From the human T2T-CHM13v2.0 reference genome, Homo sapiens, in NCBI RefSeq assembly GCF_009914755.1, contig NC_060945.1: 64,000 nucleotides of DNA; one strand, written 5' to 3'. A program made the translations under genes and the position numbers. Below the pieces are notes generated by a model. The model had not been told where the DNA came from. It made no database searches and saw only the letters and a list, made by a program, of their open reading frames with translations. Below, piece by piece: positions 32,078 to 62,997 of the stretch. Position 1 is the stretch's first letter; every line of letters starts with the position of its first letter.

Positions 32078-32395
32078 AGCTGTCCCTCCAGACCCAAGGG
32101 TTCCACATCCCTGGAGGCAACCAAGCCAGATGCAAAATATTTGAAAAAGAAAAATGAAAAAAAGAACAATACAGCAATAAAAAAGAACACAAATAAAAAA
32201 TACAGTATAGCTATTGACAGAGCATTGTGTTGTGTTAGGTCTGATAAGTGATCTAGCAATGGTTTGCAGGATGCAGGAAGATGTGCGGGAGGGTGGGCAC
32301 AGGTGCTAGGCAGACACTGCGCCATTTTATTCTGGGGACTTCAGTATCTGCAGGGGTCCTGGGACTAATCCTCAAAGGATACCGAGGGACAACTT
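32078..32395 (-). mobile_element. MER2 (TcMar-Tigger) element, followed by FLAM (32401-32533, -)
   Basis: Termini cagctgtccctcc...ggataccgagggacaact form an imperfect TIR pair; aaaatatttgaaaaa and cgccatttta motifs. Confidence 0.75.
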
Positions 32396-32864
32396 GATGT
32401 TATTATTTTATTTTATTTTAAAGACATGTCTTGCTATATTGCTCAGGCTGGTCTCAAACTCCTGGGCTCAAGTGATCCTCCTGCCTCTGCCTCCTGAGTA
32501 GCTGGGACTACAGGCATGAGCCACCATGCCTGACTTATGTTATGATTTTAAAAAGTAATCCATCAACCTGAAGAGAAGCCCACTGTCCTTCACCTTTGGA
32601 AGTTCCTACCCACCATGGGTAAGATTTCTGCATGGAGAGGCCCTGCTCCCCCAACCTCTCTCTTGAGTCCCCTGCTCAGCTGGCATTCCCCACCCACTGT
32701 GGAAGAACATTCTGGGTTTCTCCGTCAGCCCCAGGCCCACCCCTTGGGGAGATGACTGGTGACTTACATGTGTCTGTCTCTCCAGCTAGGCATGGTGCCA
32801 CAGCAGGGGGTGTGAATACTGCGGGCCACACATTCCCGGCACCCAGGACAGGAGCAAACAAAAG

Positions 32865-33495
32865 GATAGATGGTTGGCTGGCTGGATGGATGAATGGAGG
32901 GAAGGAGGGAGGGATACAGGAATGGAGGGATGGAGGGATGGAGGGAGGGATGACGGAGGGAGGGATGGGTGGGTGGGAGGGATGGATAGATGGAAGGATG
33001 GAAGGAGGAGGGATGGATGGATGAAGGGAGGGAGGAATGGATGAATGGAGGGAGGGAGAGAGGGAGGGATGGACAAGAGGTAGGGAAGGATGGACGGGAG
33101 GGAAGAATGGAGGGATAGAAGGATGGAGGGAGGGAGGAATGGATGGATGGAGGGAGGGATGGATGGATGGAGGTAGGGAGGGAGGAATGGATGGATGGAT
33201 GGAGGGATGGATGGATGGAGGTAGGGAGGGAGGGATGGATGGATGGAGGTAGGGAAGGAGGAATGGATGGATGGATGGAGGGATGGATGGATGGAGGTAG
33301 GGAGCTAGGGATGGATGGATGGAGGGAGGGAGGGGGTGGATGGGAGGGAGGGATGGATGGATGGAGGGAGGGAGGGAGGGATGGACAGGAGGGAAGGATG
33401 GATGGATGGAGAGATGAGGGATGGATGGATGGAGGGATGGATGGATAGATGAAGGGAAGGAGGGAGGGAGGGAGGGATGAATGGATGGAAGGATA
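32865..33495. repeat. (GGAT/GGAG)n purine-rich simple repeat
   Basis: ~630 bp with almost no C on the + strand. Confidence 0.95.
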
Positions 33496-33704
33496 CAGGA
33501 CACAAGGTCATAGGTTTGACAAATGTCACCTCCTCAGAAGCCTCCCTAACACTCACAGTTTGATAAGTCCCCTGTTTGATTCTCTCCCAGAGCCCAGGTC
33601 ACTCCAACACTGTCTGGTTTACCTGCCTTCTGCATGGCTTGCCCTCTGTCTCCAATTCCTGGAACAGGTCCCACCACCTGACACCTGACATCTGTCAGGG
33701 ACAC

Positions 33705-34468
33705 ATGAATGTGGAATGGATGGATGGATGCCTGTGAATGAATGTGGGATGAGTGAAAAGTGAGTGAATATGGGATGAATGAATGAGCTAGTGAATGTGT
33801 GATGAATGTGTGAGTGAGAGAATGTGGGCTGAGTGAATGTGGGACGAATGAGTGAGTGAATGTGTGATGAATGTGTGAGTAAGTGAATGTGGGCTGAGTG
33901 AATGTGGGATGAATGAGTGAGTGAATGTGGGCCGAAAGAGTGAGTGAGTGAATGTGGGATGGATGAGTGAGTGAATGTGAGATGAATGGATGAGTGGGTG
34001 GGTGAATGTGGGATGAATGGGTGCGTGAATGTGGGATGAATGAATGAATGAGTGAATTTTGGATGAATGAGTGAGTGAATGTGGGATGAATGAATGAGTG
34101 AGTGACTGGGCTGAATGGTTGAGTGAATGTGGGATGAATGAATGAGTGAGTGACTGAAATGAATGGGTGAGTGAATGTGGGACGAATGAATGAGTGAGTG
34201 AATGTGGGATGAATTAATGAGTGAGTGAATGTGGGCTGAATGAACGAGTGACTGAATGTGTGATGAATGAGGGAATGTGTGTTGAAGGAATGACTGAATG
34301 TGAGATGAATGAATGAGTGGGTGAATGTGGGATGAATGAGTGAGTGAATGTGGGATGAATGAATGAATGTGTGATTTGGGATGAATGAATGAGTGAATGT
34401 GGCATGAATGAATGAGTGAGTGAATGTGGGATGAATGAGTGAGTGAATGTGGGATGAATGAATGAATA
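33705..34468. repeat. (TGAA/TGAG)n composite repeat with a recurring gtgaatgtgggat module
   Basis: Directly visible. Confidence 0.95.
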
Positions 34469-34989
34469 CAAAGCCCCCCCACCCCCCAGGTGCTTCAGCA
34501 GAACAGTTTCATGGGAAAGGAGATGTCCTGGACCCTGGGCCTCATGAAGCCAACCTTGGGGCTTCAGCTGAGAGTGTTAAAAATAGAGACCGTTAAAAAA
34601 TTTTTTTTTAAAACAAACGAACGGAAATTCCCTTTATCAAAAGGAGTCACTGTCATTGAATTCAGAAAAGTTACATGTTCAGGAGCTGAGGGCCTTTTCT
34701 TGAAAATATAACACACCTCTCTGGGGGCTTCCCTGGGGACAGCCCGGGAGTGAGGCCAGCTGCTCGGGGAAGCTGAGGCTGACATGGGGGTCTGTGTCCA
34801 GGGTGGGTGGGGCCTTTGGAAAACAGTCATCCAACAGTCACTAAGAAAGACACTGACAATTCATTCATGGATTTTGCAAATAAACCATGGGCCCCACATA
34901 AAGGATTGTTATTTAAGGAAAATGCCCTTGGCCAATTTGTCCTGAGGATTTTTTGGACAAAACAGCATTTGTCAGCGTGGAACTTCTCA

Positions 34990-35330
<341 letters not shown>

Positions 35331-35933
35331 TTGGAGAAGGTTGTGGGCTCAGGGCTGGCCATGGGAGAGCAAGGAGTGGTAGGTGCGGCTAAGCAGGTGC
35401 TCCAAACAAAACACACCCCAAGCGCAGCCCTGATTTTAGAGTTCACAGTTTCTGTCGTGTAAATGCTCCATACTCCTGCTGTGGCCATTTGTAAGCTTCC
35501 AGCTAGTTCTCAACTAGCTGCAAAATTCTTGAATATTTAGTAATGGTTTCCACACCTGGGGCCCTGGGCAGGGCTGCACCAAGGTGAGGCCTGGGGAAGA
35601 CCCTCATGCTCCAGCAAGTGCAGCGTTGGCCCCAGGGGTGAGCATACCCCACGTTTTCCTCCCTGGCTTCCCAGATTGTCTCCCCTCACCCATTCTGGTG
35701 GTGGCCAACGTGGCTATTGCCATGGATCACAACCCCTGGCCAGACCATCCCATCCCCCTGGGCCTCTGGCTCCTTTCAGTAAAATCACGGTGGGACCCTG
35801 TCTGTCGCCATAAGACTGCTCCTGTGAGGTAACTGTTGGTCACTTCCTTTGGCCTGCCATTTGCACAGCACAGTGGTTCTTCTGAGTGAGTATAAGCTGG
35901 CTGCATGTTAGATGTACCTGGGTCCCACCCCAC

Positions 35934-37391
<1,458 letters not shown>

Positions 37392-37513
37392 CAACCCTTC
37401 CGTAACTGCTGTTAATGGGAAAAAACAGACTCTAGAACATTTTACAGAGGTTTATTCTGAGCCTGTACATGTGACTGTGGCCTGGAGAGAAGCAAACCCA
37501 GGAAGCCTTGAGT

Positions 37514-37650
37514 GAGTCGCCCCGAGGCGGCCGGGTTACAGCTTGACTGAGTGGCCCCGAGGCGGCCGGGTTACAGCTTGACTGAGTGGTCCCGAGGCGG
37601 CCGGGTTACAGCTTGACTGAGTGGCCCCGAGGCGGCCGGGTTACAGTTTG
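37514..37650. repeat. 35-bp CpG-rich tandem repeat x4 inside MER4
   Basis: gagtggccccgaggcggccgggttacagcttgact at 37514, 37549, 37584 and 37619. Confidence 0.93.
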
Positions 37651-37769
37651 GTTTTACTCATTTCAGGAAGACACAAGTTACAGGCCAAGACATAAATCAG
37701 AATGTGGAAGGTGCACACTGATTTGGCCTGAAAGGCAGGAGATCTTGGAGCGGGGTTTACAGGTCATAG

Positions 37770-37949
<180 letters not shown>

Positions 37950-37952
37950 TGA

Positions 37953-38111
<159 letters not shown>

Positions 38112-38610
38112 TGATTGAAAGCGTGAAGCTTTGTCTACAGAGGTGAAGTCAGCTGGAAGGAAGGCTGGAATTAAGATGAGGGGTGTGGGGGCCGAGGCCC
38201 TTGGTTTGCAGATGAAGCCTTGTAGATTGCAGCCCTCAGAGAGAATAGATGGCAAATGTCCCTTTTCAGACCTTAAAGGTGTCAGGCCCTCAGTTAATCT
38301 CTCCTAGGTCTGGAAAGTACTAGAAGAGGAAGTCCTGGCTGCATTCGTGGAGATTCTCTATGGGTGCTAGTTTCTCTGAGAAAGGATGGTTCTGTGGGAC
38401 CCTTTCAAAATATGTCAAAGAAATATATTTTAAGGCAAAATATTCTCATTTCCTTCAGAGTCTGCTATCCGTCACGTGATGCTATACCAGAGTCAGGCTG
38501 GAATTTGGTGTCTTATTGCCACACAGAGTGTGTTCCATCCGTCTTAGGATCCTGATTTTAATGTCAGGGCTGGCCAGCTGTGCCTCAACTCTGAAAGGGA
38601 GGGTTGTGGC

Positions 38611-40330
<1,720 letters not shown>

Positions 40331-41784
40331 TAACGAGGCCTGTGCGACCACCCAGGAGGAGGTTTTTCAGGCTTCTCTGGGGTGGACATGGCCAAGCGGG
40401 GGTCACTTCAGTTGGCTGGGGACTTCGGGTTTTATTTTTGGTTTACACTGGCCTGGGATGGAACTGGGCAGTTCTAATGTGACTGGGTGTGTACTGGTGG
40501 CTTCACTCACCCAGGGCAGGCAGGCACCTGGAACCACGACTCAGAAAGAGGCAGGAAGGTGGAGTGAGAAGATGGAGCTATTAGGGGCGTGGCAGGGGCA
40601 GGTCAATCACCCTGAGGCTTCGGGGAGTTTCCTGGTCTCCGGAAGGGCAGTGTGCTCACCCTCCCCTGTGCATGGTGTTGTTAAGAGTGTTATCAGGAGT
40701 GTCTGCTGAGCTGTGACTTTGCTGTGCCATGCAAATACTCACAGGCAGCACTACTGTCAGGAAGATGGAGGCTGGGCCGGGAGGCTTGCTTTCAAGGCCA
40801 CGAGTGTCAAACCCACAAACTGCAGAGCAGAACAGCCTTGGCCAAGCAGATGAGGAGGGCCTCATCCTCCATCTCCCGCCACCATCCTCTTCCCAACTGA
40901 AGTCAGAGGCGGGGAGGTGGGAAGTCCTGTCAGAGGCAGGGAGGTGGGACGCCCTGGGCCAGACAGATGATCCAAAGCCCTTGGTTTTAGGTACCATCTC
41001 TTCGATGTTTCTTGGCTGAGTAAACCAGCCCAATCTCTTTTTTATAAAATGAGACCACAGGTTGGCCTGAGAATGGAGAGGAGTGAGGAATCTAGCTGTT
41101 CTGGGGCCCCGGGCTGTTCAGAATCCATTGTAAACCATTGGAAAGCAGGTTTGTGTATTTGTTTAACTGCATCTTGTGGCTGGTCATTGTCTCTGTCTAA
41201 GCTCTCACCCAGCCCGGCTGCCTTCCCTGAGTCCCCACCTGACCTGCACAACTGCTGAGGACGAAAGCCTGTGTCCCCGACATGCACGGGAGAGCAGTGT
41301 CTTCCCAGGCCCTAGAGTGCCTGGCTGTGTGGGCAGCCCCAGGGCACAGTCTTCTAAAGAACCTCATTGAGGGTCGGGGGTTGGGGGAGTGGGCTCCAGG
41401 GTCCACTCCCAACCTTACAGCTTTTACCTCCGGAATCCCCAGGCTTCTGTCAGGAGGGTGCCTGAGTGGCTTACAACAAGAACTTTGCCTATCCCTTTAC
41501 TGTTTGCAAAACACCATCTCAAAAATCAGTCAACATGGATTCCAAGTTTTGCCTTAGGCCACACTGGATGGAGTTGCCCCCGGCTGGAAGACAGGACCTT
41601 TATCCCCAGTGCCACAGGAGGATTCCCCTGTGTGGCCTCCCCACCGGCTGTGCCCTAAGATCAGTGCTGTGTGCACAGCCCAGCAGAGGAGCCCAGGAGA
41701 CTCCAGCAGGCAGGGAGCTGCTGCCCCAGGAGCACATTCCAGCATCTGGAAACACCTCCCACTGCAGCTGCAGGGGAAGTGCCT

Positions 41785-41901
41785 GGAAGAGAAGGAAAAG
41801 AAAGAGGAGGAGGAGGAAGAGGAGGAGGAGGAGGAAGAGGAGGAGGAGGAGGAAGAGGAGGAGGAGGAGGAAGAGGAGGAGGAGGAGGAAGAGGAGGAGG
41901 G
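41785..41901. repeat. Polypurine tract with a [(GAG)5GAA]n trinucleotide repeat
   Basis: Regular 18-bp higher-order period. Confidence 0.95.
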
Positions 41902-42842
41902 TCGTGCCCACGCTCATGGCAAGCGTCACCCTGGAGCTTTCTGTCTCAGTCCAAGCACATCCACCTGCCCTTCCTCACTGCATTCTCCCAGGGGCCCCTG
42001 GCTGCACACAGGCATGGCCTGCATTTGCATAGAGGTTCTGGGCCCTTGGTGGAGGGCCTGGCCTGCCCCATCTTGGGTCCTGGCCCAGTGTTGTGGCTGC
42101 CAACCTGCCCTCAGAGCTTCACGGGAACCAAGGGCTCAGGCTCTGAGTGGAGTCCGGGTGGGCCTGGGCAGCCTTTGCCGGAGAGGCTCCTTCCTGACAT
42201 GGCTCTGCTGGAGGAGAAAGTGTCAGTTCCTCTCTCAGGCCCTGTAGACAGGTGTCCAGGTAGACAGGAAGTTCCAGAGGTGATTTTAGCTCAGTCTGTT
42301 ACTTTTCTTCTGGCAGGCTGGCTTTACTGTGGTTGTCCCTGTGGCCGTTGGCTGATGTTGCTGAAATTCCAGGGCTCTGGAGTGTCCACATGTCCACGGG
42401 ATGGGAAGCCTGTTGCAGACCAGCCACCACGTCCCTGCGGCTCAGGACCACGCTCCTGAAGCCCAGAGTCCTGCCCTGGGAGCAGGTCTCAGTCAGGACT
42501 GACTCCTGAGAAGAATGAGAGGGGAAGTGCCTCCAGGCCGGGATGCCAGCTATAGCAGCGCCCTCCAGCAACGTCCTGGAGGAAGCACCTCATTCGTGCC
42601 AAACTCACTGATTCTAATTCGTCATCGTGATTCTTCACAATGAAGAAAAACTCCAAGCCAGTGCCTTCCTGGGGCATGGCAGGCCTCCCTCTGGTCTGAG
42701 CAGGCAGCTGTGCCCAGACCTGGGCTCTTCCGAAGGCATGTGACTCCCTTGCACACAGCCGGGTTCTGCTTGATGCTTCTTCACGGTGGAGGCAGAGAAG
42801 TTCCCGGGGTTACCCCATCGTCGATAATTTCATCGTTGATAC

Positions 42843-44987
<2,145 letters not shown>

Positions 44988-45079
44988 GATTATTTTTATT
45001 AAAAAAAAAAGATTGCAATATGAACTCTCTCCCTTCCTAAACAGATAATGCAGACTTTTTTCCTTTCAAATGAAGAGGT

Positions 45080-45085
45080 TTTATT
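45080..45085 (-). terminator. Polyadenylation signal AATAAA (distal ICOSLG)
   Basis: tttatt on the + strand, just downstream of the alternative last-exon stop. Confidence 0.8.
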
Positions 45086-45111
45086 GGAAGTTGCATAGAG
45101 AACACAGTCAG

Positions 45112-45143
45112 TCACGAGAGCAGAAGGAGCAGGTTCCAGGATT
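45112..45143 (-). CDS. ICOSLG: ICOSLG alternative last exon giving 309-aa isoform ending ESWNLLLLLS* (GL50-type)
   Basis: ctccccag|AA TCC TGG AAC CTG CTC CTT CTG CTC TCG TGA, in frame with exon 6; matches the recalled alternative ICOSL C-terminus; AATAAA follows within ~30 nt. Confidence 0.92.
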
Positions 45144-45404
45144 CTGGGGAGATAAGGGTCCAAGCTGAGAACTCCCCTGAGAAGTCTGTGTGCAGACAGC
45201 CCCGGGTGATCCTGGCTGTCCAAGGGCTGAGGGCGGGTTGGGAAGGGCCCTCATCACCCCAGGGGCCAGCTCCCCACATAGCAGCTGAGTAGCACCCAGA
45301 GAACCCGGATCTTCACTCAAGGTGGCTGGCAGCAGAGCCACAGCCCAGGCCACCAAAGCCACCAGAGCCCCTGTGTGGCAAGGATCATGATGCGAGGGTG
45401 GTGA

Positions 45405-46388
<984 letters not shown>

Positions 46389-46489
46389 TGTTTATTTTGT
46401 TTGTTTGTTTAACTCCCCCTGCACCTCCGCCAAAAAAAAAAAAATAAAAGAAAAAGAAAAACTAACCTGTAACTCTGAAGTGTCTGGTA

Positions 46490-46772
46490 GCCAGGTGCGG
46501 TGGCTCGCACCTGTAATCCCAGCACTTTGGGAGGTCGAGGTGGGCAGATCATTTGAGGTCAGGAGTTTGAAACCAGCCTGACCAACATGGTGAAACCCTG
46601 TCTCTACTAAAAATACAATTACCTGGGCATGGTGGCGCACACCTGTAATCCCAGCTACTTGGGAGGCTGAGGCAGAATTGCTTGAGTTCGGGAGGCAGAT
46701 GTTGCAATGAGCAGAGATTGCACTCCAGCCTAGGTGACAGAGCGATACTCTGGCTCAAAAAAAATAAAATAA
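46490..46772 (+). mobile_element. AluS (antisense relative to ICOSLG mRNA)
   Basis: Alu consensus. Confidence 0.93.
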
Positions 46773-47599
46773 TAAAGTCTCTTGCCTTTGGAGTCGGGCA
46801 TGAAATCTTAATCCGTGAGTTTTCTACCTGGGCCATGGTGGGCCACTGACCACCTTCGGCCTGGATGAAGGCTGGCCCCCAGAGGGTTGCCAAGCTTTGC
46901 CAGTGCTCCCTGGCCTGCGTGGGGCCTGGCTGAGGGCGAGGGCAACAGGAATGCATTGTGTCTGGGGCTGAGCAGGACTTGCGGTGCCTGGGCCCTTTGA
47001 GCCTGGTGACTCCTGAGTGTGACTCCTGAGTCTGACCCCATCACCCGTGTGGGCTGACACCAGCACCTTCCACGCTGTGCTTCTGTGTTTGCCGCCGGTC
47101 TCCAGGAGTGGCCGCTTCTCCATCAAATAATACTCCAGTCTTCACGCCCATGGCTTCCCCCAGACCCCAGCCCAGCCCGAGAACAAACGCTCCATTTTCC
47201 CTCCCTTACAGCTGCGGTGGTTGCCACCACATGGAAGGCCCAGAGGAAGGGAGGTCTGGAGTGGCCTGGAGCTGTGGCCTCCCCAGGCTACGGCCAGACC
47301 CACCAGGAGGAAGCCCCTTGCAGGCTCTAAGGTTAACGCCGCCAAACCAAGTCCTGATCCTGAGAGGCTGGCTCAGGATGAGGATGGGCGGTGGTGTCAT
47401 GCACAGGCACCTGAGGTCCCTGGCTGCTGTGGCACGGAGAGGCCCCCACGGAAGGACTCCGCAGGTGCTGGAGCTCGCTCCCTGCATGGACAGCTGCAGC
47501 CTGGGCAGGGATAGGGGAGCAAAGCTGCAGGCCCGGCTCATCATGGAAATTCAGACCGGTGAGCCATGGAAGGACATCGCCAAGTCCATGTAGGGTGAG

Positions 47600-47850
47600 C
47601 TGGGGACAGCATGGGGAGTGGGAGGGGGGACAGTGGGGAGAGGGGAGAGCGGGGTGAGCTGGGTACAGCATGGGGAGGGGGACAGTGGGGAGGGGGGAGA
47701 GCGGGGGGAGCCTGGGGACAGCATGGGGAGTGGTGGGGGTGGGGGAAGGTGGAGGGAGGGCAGTGCATGGAGGACAGTGGAAGAGGGAGGCAGTGGTGAC
47801 AGTGGAGAGGGAAGACAGTGGGGAGGTAGAAGGGAGGAGGGTAGGACAGT
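47600..47850. repeat. G-rich low-complexity repeat (ggggacag..gggga)
   Basis: Many G3-G7 runs on the + (template) strand. Confidence 0.8.
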
Positions 47851-48584
47851 CCAGCCCCCATTGGCAGGGGCAGCTGGGGAGAGCAGGCCCCGCCTTTGTG
47901 TGCCCCAGGGCCTGGGCCTGCCTGGTTAAGAGTCTGCACACTCCTAGAGCTGGAGCTTCTCAATGTCGCTCTTGGAAGGTGACCCCACACTCCGCTGGGG
48001 ATAATGCAGGGGGCCCAGGGGTCCTCCCTGGGAAAAGTGTGCTGTGCCCCGCCATAGGGTTCGTGGCAGAAGCCCCTCCCCTGAGCTCAGGCCTCACCTC
48101 CGGCCACTGAAGACAAGGAGATGCAGAGAGGAGGCCTCTGGAGTCTTGCCCCTTACCCCTGCACCCCTGCAGCACAGGCAGGGTGTGGTGGCCGTCTTGG
48201 AGGCACCCGGGCCTGGACAGCTATTCCAAAGCCATAGCTGCCCTCCCCAGGGTGGGTCGCTTGGTCTTAGGAGCGTCCAAGCTGCAGAGCCCAGTAGACA
48301 GAACCTGGATCCAGCGCCTCACTTTACAGGAGGGGAAACTGAGGCACAAGCATGTGCTACCTGGCTCGGGGGCCAGCAGGCAGCCTTTTCCCTTCTGTCA
48401 CCTGCCCTAGGGATGGACCGCCCCATCTGCCAGCCTTGACTGGAGCCTCCCTGGTGGATGTTTACCGCACACCTACTACGTGCAGGGTGGTGCAGCTGGC
48501 GAGAGTCCCCTCTCCTGTTCCACAGACCGGCAAGGTTCCCCTGAGCCCTGGGGCAGGCAGGACCTTTGGCTGGAGGTGGGTGTG

Positions 48585-48790
48585 CAGGGCAGGGTCTCTG
48601 AGGGGAGACCTCAGACTGTGGACTTGCGGGTGGACGCTTCTCTCTGTCGGGGCCTCCCGTGTCCAGAAGATGTTGAACAGCATCTGAGGCTTCCACCCGC
48701 TGAAGCCGAGGAACAGCCCCCAGCTGTGACAACCCAAAATGCCTCCAGACCTGGCCCCATGTCCTCCAGGGGGACGGAACAGCCTGGTGT
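48585..48790 (-). mobile_element. MER20 in the ICOSLG 3'UTR
   Basis: gatgttgaacagcatc...tgtgacaacccaaaatgcctccagac...atgtcctccagggg. Confidence 0.7.
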
Positions 48791-51100
48791 AGGGCAGGGT
48801 CCCCTGAGCAGGAGTGGCACCTGTTCCTGCTCATACCACAGACAGCTGAGCTGGCTGTGCCCAAGACTCCCTGCACCCACCAAAGCCACTGGATACAGGC
48901 ACGATTTGCATCTTACTCTCTTAAGTCAGGTTTCTGGAGATGGCTGTCCCAACACTGGAATCCAGCCTGTCTACAGCAAGGGAGAAAGAGGAAGCTGATG
49001 TTGGGCTGAGAGGGGCAGGCGTTACAGGGTAGGTCTCACAAATGCCGACGTGACAGGCAGGGCTTCTGAGGGGGCTTCAGGGACCAGCAGGGAGGCGAGA
49101 CTCAGGCACTGACCCGCAGAGAGCATGGCCTTGGACGCACAGTGGTGACAGCAGCCTCCAAGTGTCCCCCGTGCCCTCAGGCATGAGGGACAGAAGCTTC
49201 TGGGGCCCCTGCCTCTTTCCTGCCCATCCCCTGGTGAAGGAAAATCGCCTCTGATAGGAAAAGCTGGGGCCAGACTCCCTCTCCCTGCATTAGTGTCGCC
49301 GTCCTGCCTGTGAGGTCCCCGGGCCCAGGGCACCTCCCGGGACACCCGAGTGGTGATGCACGACCCTCAGTCCTGGGGCTTAGGACCTCTGGGTGCCCCC
49401 GCAGGTCCGTCCTGGAGTCACTTCACAGTCACTGCAAATGGGCACCACAGCCCACTTTCCAACGCCCCAACTTTCCACACCCAAGCAGCTCCTTGTCCCT
49501 GCCAATCAATGCCCGGTGATGACAACTGTTCTTTTATAAACACCACACATCTTCTAATGCTTTCATGTTAAAAGCGGGAGTGGATCCCACATTCACCTAA
49601 AGGCTCAGGTAGGGACTTTTTTTGCAGAAAACCAATTTCTTGTAACAAGTACTGGAACCTCATTGTAGCCTTGAGTCCTCACTCCTCCTTTTGTTCTAAG
49701 TCTGGGTCTGAGAAGTGCAGGCCTCACACAGCTGTCAGTTCCAAGTGACCAGGGCTGTAACAGGTCCTGGCTGACCCTGGGAATGTCAGGGGATTCTGGG
49801 AAGTAAGAAGGAGGGGCATTTGCCCATAGCCCCGGGGCAGACAATGTGTCCCGAGGGCCAGGCCAGGCTGTCTACTCCATCTCCCTGGGGCGAGTGCACC
49901 TCGGGTCACCTGGCAGCATCCTTTCCAGCCCTTCTGGAGACAGTCAGCAGCTGATTCATTCCGGGAACCAGCATGGCAGGTGCCGGGGCTGGTCAGGGCC
50001 CAGGGCTGTACCCCTCAGCACTGGACCACCCCGTCTCCTGCCCCCTTGGGACTGTTGGGCTCCGAGGAGCCTGGCGCTGGGGTCGGAGGTCTTCATCAGG
50101 ACCCTGGGGACCCTCAGGGTTGAGTGGGGTGGGGCTGCTGAGGGTGGTGGGGGCCGGGGGAGCCACCTCTCACTTTGGGGATCATTGCTGAGGTGAGAAG
50201 GGGGACTGTGGCCACCAGGTGATACCCTCTCCATGCACCTAACTGCTGCTCAGGACTCTGGGGACCGTGTTGCCAGGCCTGCGCCTGCTGGACATGGGCG
50301 TCTCCAGCCCTGCTGGGCTGTGTCTTTCTCGCTGCAGAGCCAAGAGCCCCGGCAGCCCCTGTAGCCAAACACGGCCCTGGCACAGCCTTTCTTCTGGCAA
50401 ACTCCACCCGTGCGTCTTCCAAAGGTGGCTCAACTTTTCACCGGAACAGCCGAGGGACATTGTTCCTCCCAGGGAATGTGGCAGAGGACACTGAAGCCCA
50501 GTGGGGACTTCCGGGGGCTCCTCGGTGTGGACGGCTAACTACACTTGTGGGCACACACATGAGTGGGTCCTGTGGCTTCCGGGCGGGAGGCAGGTTGGGA
50601 GCGTTCAGGGCAGAAGAGCTCCTGTGACCGTGTCCCCTGCAAACAGCCTCGCGTGACCCCAGCAGCACAGAGGCCGTCCTGGAAGAGCGGACGCCCAGTC
50701 TTCTTTTTAAACCAAACACCCTTCGGTCTCAGGATCCCGCATCCCACGGGAAGACCCACAGTGGGTCTGGGGTACTGGGAAGAGCCTGGTGCTGAATCCC
50801 GCACGCTCCGGGTAGAGACAGCCCATCACCAGTCCCTTCCTGTGGGTGACTGGCAGTGACAGCGGGGAGCCCACTCACTTGGGGACATTTGCCTTTGGTG
50901 TGGATGACGCTTTTGAAAGGGCCTCATTCCAGGATCACAGCCAACGCCAGCAGGTTCTCCCTGGGATCCAGCAGTGGTCCTTCTGGGGGCTGCCCCAAGT
51001 GCTCCCCTGCAGTCTGGGAGTCCATGCTCAAGCTGCCACCTGGCCTCTCACGGTGGCGTCTCACGGAAGCCCTGTCCACGCTCTGGGCGGTGAGCTCCGG

Positions 51101-62882
<11,782 letters not shown>

Positions 62883-62889
62883 GGTGCGG

Positions 62890-62997
62890 GCGGAGACCTC
62901 GGGCCGCGGAGACCTCGGGGCGCGGAGACCTCGGGGCGCGGAGAACTTGGGCCGCGGGAGACCTCGGAGAGGAGCAACCTCGGGGCGCGGGAGATCG
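62890..62997. repeat. ~16-bp GC-rich tandem repeat (gcggagacctcggggc) x~6 in the ICOSLG 5'UTR
   Basis: Directly visible repeat units abutting the start codon. Confidence 0.85.

Noticed and set aside
32632-34482. Pro/Ser/His-rich and Gly/Trp-rich ORFs up to 287 aa
   Set aside because: Translations of simple repeats (GGAT, TGAA).
41466-42459. Poly-Glu, poly-Arg and poly-Gly ORFs
   Set aside because: All three frames of a GAG repeat; no domain similarity or exon structure.
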